21,682 bases of DNA, taken from contig JBHGNT010000525.1 in NCBI GenBank assembly GCA_043228905.1, forward strand, positions 1-21,682, given 5' to 3'. The DNA is from Azolla caroliniana (Eukaryota; Plantae; Polypodiophyta). Shown here in pieces: positions 9,030-21,000 of this stretch. Under the pieces are notes generated by a model. That model did not search any database. It saw only the letters and a list, made by a program, of their open reading frames with translations, and was not told the origin of the DNA. The first letter of the stretch is position 1, and every line of letters starts with the position of its first letter. A program made the position numbers and the translations under genes.

Positions 9030-11953
9030 ATTTCCTTTATAAGAAACAAGATATACTTTCAACTATTCAGCAAAAGATCACAAATGAAATGGCATCTCAT
9101 TTAATACAACCATTTACGTTCCAAGAGGTGTTATTTGCAACTAATCCTTGGGTAAGGATGTCTATCCAGGAAAAGACGGAATAAGAGTTGGCTTCTACTT
9201 ACATTATTGGGATTTTCTTGGCCCTAGAGTGACTAATCTAATTTTTCATCAGGAACTATGTCGGCAAAATGGAAGGAAGGAATAATATATATGATTCCTA
9301 AGTCAGATGCTCAATGAGATGAAGTTTCTAAGTGGTGGCCAATAACACTGCTCAATGATATTTATAAGATTGTGGCAAAAACAATTGTCATTAGATTACG
9401 ATCTCTGTTGCCATCTATTATTCATGATAGGCAGTCTAGTTTTATAAAAGACAAAAGCATTTTCGATAATATCTTTTTGTTCTGGGAAATGGTTGCATTA
9501 GCTCAAGAAATGGCAGTTTTACTATTGGACTTTGAAAAAGCCTATGGACAAAGTAGACTAGGAATTTCTTGAGGCAAAGTTGTCAAGATTAGGCTTTCCT
9601 AATGCATGGATAAATGGTGTTTCTATAGGCAAGCCTCTAGCTCAGTTTTGTTTGTTGGAGGTTATAGGCCAATATTTCCGATTTCCAGGTCAGTTAGGCA
9701 AGGATGTCCCCTTGCCCCTTCTCTTTTTATCTTATTTAGGGAAGCTCTAGCCTCATACCTAAGATCTTCTTCAGCTGGTATAAAAGGTATAGCATTACCT
9801 ATTGCACAGTCTACTGTATTGGATGTTGAGTTTGCAGATGATACGACCCTCTATGTTGATGGGGAGATTGGTAATCTCGGGCAAGTACAAAATGCTTTGC
9901 AGAATTTCTCGGAAGCCACAGGTGCTTCTCTTATTGGAATAAGTCGGTAGGGTTATGGGTAGGTGCAAAACCTCATTCAGCTTGGTATCCAGGTTCTACT
10001 TTCCATTGGCTTAACCAAGATGAACCTGTTCAGTATTTGGGATGCCTAGTTGGTATAGATTTAAAATCAGAAGTTATGTTATCCCCGTTGCTATTATCAA
10101 TGAAGCAAAAACTTCTATATTGGGATGCCCAACAATTGTCCTTTGCAGGTCGGGTTGTAGTAGCAACTTTTGACCTCTATGTGGATTATAGCATCTGTTT
10201 GGTTATTTTCTAGGTCAACAATAATGAAAGTGCAAATCTTGATTCGTAATTTCCTCTAGGGAGGAAAAAATGGATCTCGAACAATAGCCAAAGTTGCTTG
10301 GAAGGTGTTGATTCAACCTAAAATCCATGGAGGGTTGGGTTTGATAGATCCTTTGATATAGTCAAGAGCCCTCTTGGTTAAGTTTGTGATCTGAGGATTG
10401 TTGCTAGGGTCAGAAGCCTGGAAAGGAATGTTTCTAAACCAACTAATGAAGTAAGTCCTAGGACGGGGGGGGAGTTTGGTCTCCCTCTCTAAAATGGTTG
10501 CTCTTGAATGATGTACAAACGCCAAGGCAGGATCTAGTTTCTAACAGATTTTTGTTAGGAATCATAAGGGCATGGGATGGGATCAAGCCATTTCTAATTA
10601 AGGAGAAGCCTTCTACTTGGGATGCATTGTTTAATCAGCCTCTCCTTGGAAATTCTCTATTTCGGGATAATGTAGGAAAAGTGTTGGGTCTTAGAACTCA
10701 CCTTGCCTAGGGTAAACTGGATAATGGGCCATCTGCATTTGTAAGCAGTTGGATTCAATTCCAACAGATGTCACAAGCAGATCGGCTTACGCATTTACAA
10801 GCCCTTCATGGAGCCAAGATAATGACGGTTGCCATTTCAACGTCATATTCCTCATTAGCAGCAACCTTTGAACCCATACGTGAGCATTTTTGGTTTGGAT
10901 GCTTCATAAACGATATATTGCTGATTGGGGGTTTCTGGACATATTCTTTGGGGGAACATATCATAAAGGTTCCCTTCTTTCAGTATTCAATAAAGCTTGG
11001 AAGGTCATTACTAAGGTCTACAAATGTAATGGCGCCAACAACACAAAAACATTGGACTAATTGGGGAGTTTCAACGTTACAGTTGAAAACATATTAGAGA
11101 TGGATCTGGTCTTTCAAGGGGCCCTCTAAATTTATTCTTTTTAGATGGCTATTAGTGCATGCAGCATTACCAGTTGGCCAGACGTTAAAAGGGAATGTAG
11201 CACATAATCTCAGATAATGTGGATTTTGCTATGCAAGGCTGGAGACTACTAAGCATGCCCTTTGGTCTTGTTCCTTGGCTCAGCAAATATGGAATAAAGT
11301 TCGTTCTTTATTCCTAACGATCAATGTTGGTTGCTTGTTCTCATGGGGAGCAGCGGTGTGGGGAATTTTACACTCTAGCTTGATGTTGTATGAGGCAGAC
11401 GATATACAAGAGGCCATGACGGTACATAACAGAAGATTGATATCGGTTAGTCCATTTCAGCAACCTCGAAAGCAAGTGCAATCTGTCCAGGTCTGGAAAA
11501 CTATGACTACCATAACATTATGGGTATTATGGAAATGTAGATGCAGTCAACTTTACGATGCAACAAAGCTTGGTCTTTCAGAGGTATTGCTTGAGATATG
11601 GGAAACATTGTTGACAGTAGTTCATGGGCAATATGATAACATGTATGGTTCTCCAGAAAATATTCATAAAAGAAGGATGAAGCTTCTTCACTTATGGAGG
11701 AAGGTGCCTCTATTTGTAGTGACAAATCAAAGACCTCAATGGAACTATCAACTTCCATGGACCCTTTCTTGATATAATAACAACATATTAATGTACCGTA
11801 TTAAGGTTCAACATCCCTGTATAAGTTGTTTTTGTATGTACATGTTTAGGTGTACATACATTATCTTTTATTCTACGTTGTAAACCAACGAGGAGATAAC
11901 TTTTACTTGTACTTTGATACTATTGAAGAAAATCTTTGAAGGAAAAAAAAAAA
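9030..11953 (+). mobile_element. 5'-truncated L1-clade LINE: RT domain, zf-RVT, 3' UTR and poly(A) tail; pseudogenised
   Basis: RT motifs PGKDGI (~9166), WPITLLNDIYKIVAK, LLDFEKAY, SVRQGCPLAPSLF, EFADD (~9828-9842), YLGC and GGLGL. zf-RVT reads FRWLLVHAALPVG..CGFC..ETTKHALWSC. Stop at 11772 and A11 tail at 11943-11953. Many stops and frameshifts. Confidence 0.92.
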
Positions 11954-12110
11954 CATTTCTTTTATAGAACATGTTTTTTACTAGAACTCTTTAGCTTAAG
12001 TCTTATTTTTATTTATTTATTTTTTCTTTCGATGAATGGGTAAATACCCCCTTTTTGTTGTAAACCAATTGTCTCATGGTCCAATTTTGGTCTGAGAAGA
12101 CGTTAATATA

Positions 12111-12113
<3 letters not shown>

Positions 12114-12181
<68 letters not shown>
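12114..12181. repeat. (CT)34 microsatellite
   Basis: Uninterrupted CT tract read directly. Confidence 0.97.
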
Positions 12182-12185
<4 letters not shown>

Positions 12186-12399
12186 GCATAATCTCTACTT
12201 GTCTCCATCTCCAACTCTGTTTACTGTTTACTATTTTCTTGTATTTGTCGGGTGAGCCTACTATGTCTATTAACTTCCACATTCTTTACATCTACTCAAG
12301 TTATTTTAAGTTTGGGGTCTTGGCTAGACAACTTTGTAATCTCCTGATTGCATTTGACTATTGCTCTATCCACACAAATACTTACCCTTTACTTAATAG

Positions 12400-13837
12400 T
12401 TGGTATAGATGGTAAAAAATATGGGCATAACGCAACGTCCACTTGCAATGAAAGATACAAGCTCCCAAAAATCTACAAACTTTAGCCGTAGACTTACATT
12501 ATTCTTTCATGGTTTGAATGACATTGACCTTTGTTGGAGCTGGCTACTTCTTGTAATGTGACCCCCTCCAATCTAACATTTAACTTTGACTATTCTTGAG
12601 GTGAAATTGTGACCAAACCTTCCTGAATTCTGAATCATCGATTCAATTGAGTCTTGTATATTGTAATCCTTTGACTTCCTTCCGACCACTATCTATCGAA
12701 GCTTCTTTTTGAAAATCTTGTATTGTGTATGAAGTTATGCTTCCTTATTCTAGGAAAATCCGTCAATAATCCCATACAATGTTAAAGAATCCACAAAGAC
12801 AATACTCTGTATAATCTAAAGTATCATTTAATATTATTTCTTTAAAATACTTTATATAATACACATCTTTTTCAATAAAATTCCCTACTTTATCAATTTA
12901 AACTCATTTCACCTTGATATTGTTCTATTAGTGCAGGTTATGCCACTAGGTGATGTTGCACACATGCCTCCGTTATTTACATTGACGCCTTTGGGGTTTT
13001 GTTTTGATCCCAGACCATTCCAACCCCTCCCTATAAAAAGCGTTAAATCTAAAAATCCTAAAAGAAATTGTCTTCTTTCACTTCTTGAACCAGATGTTCC
13101 CACATATATTCTTTATTACTTTTGTAATTAGATTGCACAGTAAGGAATTGAACAATCTCTCTTCCATCTTGACTCTTAATTCTAAAGAATGCCAAACCAT
13201 TATCGATCACCTTTGTCTCCATCCTGACTGTTGTGATGTATGGTTGGTCTAGGATGATCCGGTAGGTGGAATTTTCCTGTACAACAATGTTTTGAACCAC
13301 CAATACATCTCCAATTGTCATTTTGACATTCAGACATGCTCCACAAAGATCTTCCATTGCCTCCATAACCCTCTTATTCTCCACCTATATTTTGTGTTGA
13401 TTGGCCACCAACCCCAAGCATAGAAATCTAATGACATTAAGTTGATTTATAGTCTGTGATCCACTAGAGCAATGCAAGGTTGTAATTGATCCTAAATATT
13501 TACCAGACCTTTCTTTATTGTGTGAGTCAATTTTTGAATTCTTGTAGAATGGCTTCTCCTTAGTTCCTGCACCCAATCCACATTTGACCTCTTTATCCTA
13601 GCAATGTTGAAGTTGAGTTCTTGCATGTTAGTTACACATGCTCTCGTTGTATCTTCAACTACATGCATATTCTTGTGTATTGCACCAATGATTGCTTCAC
13701 AAAAGTCCTTTTTATCAATCTCTAGAATTTCTTTCAAAGTGAACTTGACTTCATAGTTCAAAATTCTTGTTTCAAGAACTTGTCTCATATATGGAGTTGT
13801 TTTGATATCTGAGACGAGATTTAATGTGGGTCTCACT
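12400..13837 (-). mobile_element. Ty3/Gypsy remnant: gag C-terminus and DHG-type aspartic protease region
   Basis: LETRILNYEVKFTLKEILEI.., followed by frameshifted IALVDH(R)L*INLMS..WPINTKY.WRIR (~13375-13475) and LCGACLNVKMTIGDV..YRIILDQPYITTVRMETKVIDNG..IKSQDG..VQFLTV. The left boundary is approximate. Confidence 0.7.
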
Positions 13838-14101
13838 TGTTGGTGTATGTATTGAATTAGAGGTCAATGGAAGCATGAGCACTTGAGTTGAGATTAGCAA
13901 GTCGAACAAGGAAGTGAATATTAGGTCTATGCTCCATTGTGTACACTTGTATATACACTACACACAATGTGTGAGCAAGCGCATTATTACTATTATCCTA
14001 CAATATTTTCAATGATATAAGAGATCTAGGTGACCCTCTATTTATACAAGTAGAAGATGAGGACACTTACATGTGGGACACTAAATTGAATCGTTGCCAA
14101 T
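13838..14101 (-). repeat. LTR (probable 3' LTR of the adjacent Copia remnant)
   Basis: Termini TGTTGGTG (13838)...TGCCAA (~14095-14100). TATAAATAG on minus at ~14038-14046. It interrupts the Gypsy coding remnant. Confidence 0.55.
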
Positions 14102-14860
14102 TCTTAATCAAGAGTGTCGTACAATCTTGGAGTTTCGACCTCCAAGATACTTCTCCGCTTGCATGTGTGATGGTTCATTGCATCGTTGAGTTAGTATAGC
14201 CTTCAAATGCTTCCCAATGCTTCTTACATCGTTCAACTTGTATCAGTTGGTAGCTCTGATTGTATGGGCAATGTCAAGTTGTGTCATTACCATCGTGTAC
14301 ATAAGGCTTCCTATAGCCAATGTGTAGGATATGTTGTGCATTTCCTCTAGCTCTCAATTTCCATTGAAGGAGACCCCTAATTTTTGTTGGCATAAAAGGC
14401 TGACTCCTTCCACCTTGTATCCTAGTGTGAACTCGTCCAAATAGTTAGGGCTTAGTATATAAGCGATAACCTAACATTAGAGAGCTAGAACACTTGATCA
14501 TCTTGTACATCTAGTCTCAGAGAGAGACAACAGAAATAAAGAGAGCTTCCATTAAAGCTTCATCTATGTGTCTATCATCTGTCTATATCTTATCGCCTTC
14601 CTTCTATGGTGTTTGTTGAGCACTACCAACAAGTCCTCACATACGTTTCCGCGCATATATGTCCCTCAATTTGTTAGTCAAGTCCGATTCGATGTGGGCT
14701 TTGCGGTGTCCATTGGACAGTTCTTCAACACTTTCTTTATATACAATGGATGGGAGAGCCTCAGTATCTTCTTCAATCTATCTCACTCTATTTGCATGTT
14801 TACTATGTGTTGGACTACTCTAAGTTCCTTCGTCAAAAATTTATCGTTGTCAGGAAATCA
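14102..14860 (-). mobile_element. Highly degenerate Ty1/Copia (Tnt1-like) RT/RNase H remnant
   Basis: Minus-strand translations: FLTKELRVVQHIVNMQIE*DRLKKILRLSHPLYIKKVLKNCPMDTAKP, then EEMHNISYTLAIGSLMYTMVMTQLDIAH..KKHWEA..GYT, then VSWRSKLQDCTTL. These match Copia RT C-terminus and RNase H motifs (MKDLG..LSQ..YI.KVL; YSSAVGSLMYAMVCTRPDIA; ISWQSKLQ). Confidence 0.75.
14385..14631 (+). mobile_element. Short solo-LTR-like insertion (247 bp) in the Copia RT remnant
   Basis: Termini TGTTGGCA...TACCAACA and TATATAAG at ~14457. It splits the Copia RT remnant. No convincing TSD. Confidence 0.6.
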
Positions 14861-15475
14861 TTCCTTGAGTGTGGATAGTGGGGCAGAACCGTTGGGGTTC
14901 TGGACCATAAGGAATTAGGGCTTAATGATTAATGCACTTTAAGTTTAAAGCCGAGAGATTTCCCTCGAATAATATTTAATTATACTTATGCACAAGCAAA
15001 GCTTAGAGTATGAGAGTATGAGAGTATGAGAGATCAAATAATGCTTAGTTATACTTATGCGCAACCAAAGCTTAGAGTAAAGAGTATGAGAGAAGAAACA
15101 TGAAATATTATATTCCCAATTGATCAATCTCCCTTCATATGGCTAAGCATAATCTATCATGTATAGGTTTTTTCTTTTGGATTATTCTTGCTTCTTTTTT
15201 ATATCTATCCTCGAGTCTTTCTGAGGCGTTTTTATATCACTATTTCTCCTTTGTGTCCCAACTTTAACAAACAAGATAGTTTTGGAAACCTCTCATTGCT
15301 AGATTTTTTATGAACTTTTTCTTTTGAAATTTGGATATCAAATGGAGAAGTTATGAGCCTTTTTTCTCAACCTAAATCTTCATATCCACACCTTGCCTTT
15401 TTTCTACTTTTGAAAAACGCCTCTAACCTTATATCTGTTGGGCTAAAAGTCTCACTCTACCCATTGCACTCTCAA

Positions 15476-15840
15476 TGTGAACATGTCCTCAATGTTAGGG
15501 CTTAGTTACCCTAACTATAAATATGAGAAATATCTTGTAAAAGAGGAGGTTCGTGGGTTTAATAATGTAAAAGACTTCTTGAGCCATAACTGTGTAACTG
15601 TCTATCTCTCTCTCTCTCTCTTTGTGCATATCTTCTTGATTGAATAGTACACCATTTTATCTCTTTGTTGATTCATGCTTGCTTGCTCCTACTAACAAGT
15701 TCGTTCCTTCTTTGATACTTGAACCTTTTATATCGCGATTTATTCTCTAAAACCTTAGCATCTAACGCATGAGTTCATATTTGTGGCATGCTCGACTTAT
15801 TTGTACTACTAATTTATTTCCTATCCGGGGTAGTTTCACA
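15476..15840 (+). mobile_element. Probable solo or truncated LTR (365 bp)
   Basis: Termini TGTGAA...TTCACA, CTATAAATA at ~15515 and a (CT)n tract at ~15606-15621. No TSD found. Confidence 0.5.
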
Positions 15841-15859
15841 CTTTGTGTCGAAAACATAA

Positions 15860-16707
15860 CGACATTGTTCCTCTAGCAACAGTCCCCAACTCTTTCTTGT
15901 TTGTAACATTGGTAGCTTGCAAAAACAATATTAGTTTATGTGGTAAGAGTAAATTCCTATATTTACCATTTATCTGCTCAAAACATTTCAACATATTCCT
16001 CAAACGCTTCTAGGACAATTAACACCTTAGATGATTCTACTCTATTGATGAATACCCTCTTGGTCCTCGTCATATTCTCTAGATTGTATTAATCCAAGAA
16101 TGCCTTCTCATAATAGGCTCCATCAATGCATTCATCATTTGCATTTGGTCCTCCATTTCTCCTTTGTCTCGCCAAATCATTTTATCTCTCTTGGTCAATG
16201 CATTTACATCAAGTTTACCAAATTGTTTCAGAAATTTCATAATCATTGTGTTGGGACCACCAAGGTTATGAACGAGGAAAGATTGTAAAAGAAGGGGAGC
16301 AAAGTGAATAAAGACAAGAGATAGAGATAGTGTAGTATTAAAGAAGTAGAATAGAGACGTATTCTTACAAAACTCTAGCTTGAACCCCTTATTTCCCAAC
16401 AAGTTAGAGCGTAATTGATTGATTGGTAGATGAATGTATTTCCCTTCATATTTGGAAACTTGGATTTCTTGTCCTTAAATAGGTGTTTGAATAAGAGTGC
16501 ATGTGATATGTGATTGCCACGTGGCACACATATGTTAACACGTGATGCATGAAAGCCATATTGCTCATCTGAATCAGCATGTGCTTCTAAGGCCTTACAT
16601 TAATTATTTATGTTTAAACGGTGCCACATAGGAGTGCTAAGATAGAGCATTTGCTTTTCAGTGTTGCATCATTGGGCGATACATGACTGAAATCAAAGCT
16701 CATAAAA
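15860..16707 (-). mobile_element. Gypsy 5' LTR, PBS-like site and gag N-terminal remnant, likely the same element as 12400-13837
   Basis: Degenerate gag on minus reads ..FINRVESSKVLIVLEAFEE.. and KLILFLQATNVTNKKELG. The PBS-like TGGTGGTCCC lies at 16262-16253. The LTR-like block ~16264-16707 has degraded GTTATGA...TCATAA termini and a palindromic G-box TGCCACGTGGCA (16515-16526). Confidence 0.5.
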
Positions 16708-16749
16708 ATTTGTCATCAAGGCTCAAGAATCAAGACCAAATTTGCAATA

Positions 16750-17100
16750 ATTTATTAGAGAAAACCTGTCAAGAGGTGGTCGTAGTGCTTAAAAGAATCT
16801 AGGATGATCAACAGTTCTTTCTCATGAATCTCATAATTAATTCCACTACTTAAAATTTTTGTGAATGTAAAACGATGTAGTTGCCGATTGTCTCCTATCT
16901 TAGACAAGATGCTTACAAATGCACAATTGGATGCATCAACTTCTAGTACAAAGAGGTTCATTGTTTGAGCATAGGTGGCATGTCCTCACAATTGCCCTAG
17001 AACTTGCAAAACATGGAAATTATGCTCCGTTTACATCTTTACTTGGCCAATGGACTCCAAATTTGGATTTTGGGAATTTATATCTAGATCCTCAAAGTAT
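16750..17100 (-). mobile_element. Ty3/Gypsy (Tf2/Tcn1-chromovirus-like) RNase H remnant
   Basis: ORF 16755-16961 reads FVLEVDASNCAFVSILSK..QLH..INYEIHEKELLIILDSFKHYDHLL, matching the Gypsy RNase H motifs ETDAS..GAVLSQ..LHP..NYEIHDKELLAIV..WRH.L. Confidence 0.8.
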
Positions 17101-18002
17101 AGAAGTACTTCAATATGCCAAGTTCAATACTTATTTTTGAACGAAACAATAACAACTTGTTGACTAAGAAGTCAAGAAGTCCATGGCAACTTCAAATGCA
17201 AATACTTAAGTTGTCCTACTCATGGGATATCCCAATCTAACTTAAGCTCTTTCAATGGCCATGATGGGAAAAGTAAGTCCTAATTTTAGCCCTTCACATT
17301 TTGGCCATTTTGGCCACATAAGAGTGTCAATATCTAGGACACATTTTTTAATTCCTTCAAGATGGTCCAAAAGACCTACTCATCCAATGCTCTTAGATTT
17401 CCACATGTTATCAATCTCTTAGAATTCTTTCTTTCTTCCAGCAGCTCCTGTTTATAAACAAATTACATTTGTTCCTTAAATTTTATTATCTTTATCCTGA
17501 ATTACAAGGCTTTAACCATGGCCCATTCCATTTAACTCATGTTTCATGCCCCCCACACAAACCCCCTCAAAATTGCTGAGTCAGTCTCTCACTTCTCAAC
17601 AAACAGCATATAATGTGTGCATCATCACCTCCATGTAATGCATGTATCTATATGATATCTGATTGTACAAAGGCAGTTTGCAGTAGTAAACTGTGTTGTC
17701 CATTGGCATTATTTCCATATGGACCTTGGGCTGCAAATTTTCATCTGATGTCTCTTCCTGAACAATTCCATATTGTAGAAGGAAAGATTCACAGAAGAAC
17801 CTTCTTGAAAGATAGTTTGTGTGCTTAACAGGAAGACGTGTGAAAGATAGAAACACCTTCCATGGTATTCTAGGATACGCGATGTAGTATATTGTGGAAA
17901 TTTTGGAATGACAGTTTTCCATGTCGGGTTTCGTGAGCATTGAGATATGAAGTTGCTGTGAAGATGCATATAAGTTATTCCTTCTCTAATCATTTGGATT
18001 TT

Positions 18003-21000
18003 TTATGTGATAGAAATACAAATAGAATCCATGTTCACCCATCTATATAAACACCGATGCCTTATATCTTCTACAGCATGAGATGCCAAATCAACAAATC
18101 TTCGGAGAACTGATAGTCTTTTCTCAGCTGCTAGCCTTGCACTGACTTCCGGAATCTACAGATGCATTGAAAACTTTTATCATCATGAATGGAACGTGTC
18201 CAAAACAATCAACCATAATCAATGTTTGAAATAACTTTTTATCAATGCTTGAAAAAACTAATAATTCTCAACAAAACAAATTTACTAGTATTTTTTTACT
18301 AATAAGTAATTAAACCTTGATCTGAATTTGTTGAGATTATTCAATTACAGATATTTCAAGTGCCAATACTTGGACATTCACTCTAGAAATTTTCACATTT
18401 GTTTGGAGATATATGCAGCAAAATGTCAGGTGATTTTTAAATATGGTAAGTGCAAATACAAATTTGATTTGTTGAAAATATATTCAAGCGTTTAAATTTC
18501 AAAAACATCTTCAAGTTTGTGTACCTTTTAAATCAAACTTGAAGGATTATCAAATAATGCAAGTTTTCTCTTTTATTGTACAGAACTAAGCTAGCTTCTA
18601 TGCAGTAAACAAGTTCTACCTTTTCTAATGCTCGTTCGACATTAAGCAACCGGCAAAAATGAGAGAGCTGTTTGTACAAGTCAACCTCTGTGTACTGCAA
18701 AATGGAAGAAAGAGTTCCTCATTCATGTTAAAACATTATCTTCTACATGCTAATGTTTTAAAAAACTTCAATACTAAATATCTAAGGGTGTAGCTTTCTA
18801 TTGTAAGGATTTTCAGGTACAGTGAATTTTTCTAAGATAATGCATATATCTCGTTTATATATTAATCCATCAGGTACGTGAAGCAAGAAATCTCTAGCAT
18901 TTTCCATTCATAATACTAACTATCAAATCTTAGTGGAGACTTCCCACTATGATCCCCACATTCTGATTAAGACCTGGCATTATGAGCGTTTGTAGTTATA
19001 CATAGCGTTGCCTACAAAAGCTCATACAGTTGAATACTGTAGGGAAACACACAATGAAGTAGGCTTTGGCCCCAGGCAAGATGTCTAAGACTCCTCTTTG
19101 GAGTGCATTGAAAGAAATATAAAGTCTCGTTACCAATCGAGCAAGCCGCCCATTGCACCGGGGATAATTTGGACAAATTGAGCCTCGATCTGAATCGCCC
19201 AATAGTCTCAGATTGATGTTTCTCGTCATGTGTCCACAGAGTTCATCGTCACACTGACACAGAAAAACAGTTAGTCAAATCTTAATGAAGGTTAGTGTGA
19301 TTCAAACCATACATTATATTCAAAAGGCACAGATCATTCGTTTTCCATGAATATTCACAGAAATAGACACATCATACAATGAATCTCTCAAAATCTAGAA
19401 TTACAAGGATCTGGAATGGCTAGTATTTACCTTCATCCATCCTTCATAATAACGCCCAACAAATTCGTCTGTTCTTTGTTTCACCTGCAAGCAGCATAGA
19501 AGAAAGAAAATGAGGAAATCAGATCAAAATTAAAATAGGCAAAAAAAAACTGAAATGGGAAGAGGGTGATGACTAAATTAGCAAAGTTTCCTGAGGATTA
19601 GGGTTCAGAATATAGCTGACGAAATTGAGTATGGGTATACAACCATAAAAACCTGATATACGATTTTATTCATGTTTTTATCCAAACAAAAGAAGGTAAT
19701 AATTTATTTTATACACCTGATTAGCTAACATGGCTGAGGATAATTTCTTAGAATCGGCAGTGACTCTGCATTTTGGACACTGCAAGTAGTCCTCTGGAAG
19801 TAGCGTTGACTCTGATTTTGATACAAGCTCTGGTGAAGTGTGAGTTTGATTTGCATCAAGAGAAGCATCTCTCATAGATTCTATAATGTGACTTAAGCCA
19901 CAGAACTGGTATGAATCGCCACAAGAAGGACAAACTACATGTAGTGGATCACAATGCCGATACCTGTTTAACAGTTTGCAGTTCAGTTTCCTATTTGTGT
20001 TCATACCCATATTCATATTGTAAGTTGAAATACCTATCATCATCATCAAGAATGGCAGATGCTGACAACAAAGCCTCATCTCTTTGCACTACAGAACTAG
20101 AGCTTTTGTTTTGAAACTGAAAACAAAGCAAGCCACATTAAATAGAAAACATATCAGAGTAAAAACAACCCAGTATTGGATTTGTTCAGATAGTACCTTG
20201 GAAGAATCAAGTCCCAAGCAATCTGCAAGGTGTTTGGCATCTGTACCTTCTATAGGAGCACATAATCGTGAAACCACAGGGTGTACCTATTGCAGAGAAG
20301 CCACTGAATTAGAGCGAAAGAATATAAAGAAGACAGACTTTCAATTAAAATTAATCAGGTACCTGCTGAGATAAGTAGTAATCAATATCCACCATCCAGT
20401 TTCCTGGATCTTGCTTTAGCTCATTTGGATGCCTTGCCCTTTCTGCAATTCCAACAGTTGTAGGAACCGAACCCTATAGGTATGCATTAAGAGCTAATCA
20501 ATTCTAAAGAAAACACCAGTAACATATTCCTTCCTTTAGAAGACAAGTACCTGCTCATAGCATATAATGTAAGGCACTGTATCTCCAACAGAACTACCAA
20601 TCCGATACCCAGACTGTTTCAACCTCAATGCAACCTGAAATGTAAACATATGTTGGTTTAGCAATTTTGCTTAAGGCAAGAGAGGCCTATGTATATTGTC
20701 TTACTCAACATAATCACCTGCACATGAGGCTGGTTTTTTGCATCAGGATAGGACTCTGGAGCTTTTGTCAATGTTTTTGTGATGACATACTTATCAAGAT
20801 CGACTTGACCATTTCTCATCTCCTCTTGCAGCTGAGAATCAATGTTGAAATATAAGTATCACAGTTCCTGTGACCCAATAAGTAATTCCGGAAATGGAAA
20901 AACAAATAAAACCACAATCCTACTTTTCGAAGTTCAGTATGGATGGTCTCCACAACATCTTCACAAGACCTGCAAGACAAACGCTGAGATACTGCTTTGA

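Noticed and set aside
7402-11953. A single LINE with a 5' inversion from twin priming
   Set aside because: Both arms contain the same C-terminal region and are substantially diverged, so they are two separate elements.
14452-15507. TTAGGG(C) motifs at ~14446, ~14915 and ~15499 as interstitial telomere repeats
   Set aside because: These are single isolated copies within LTR-like sequence, not tandem TTTAGGG arrays.
17596-17993. ORFs 17596-17940(-) and 17709-17993(-) as an extra gene or POLA1 extension
   Set aside because: POLA1 ends at its expected C-terminus (stop 18005-18003). These ORFs have no recognisable motifs and lie in the probable 3' UTR.
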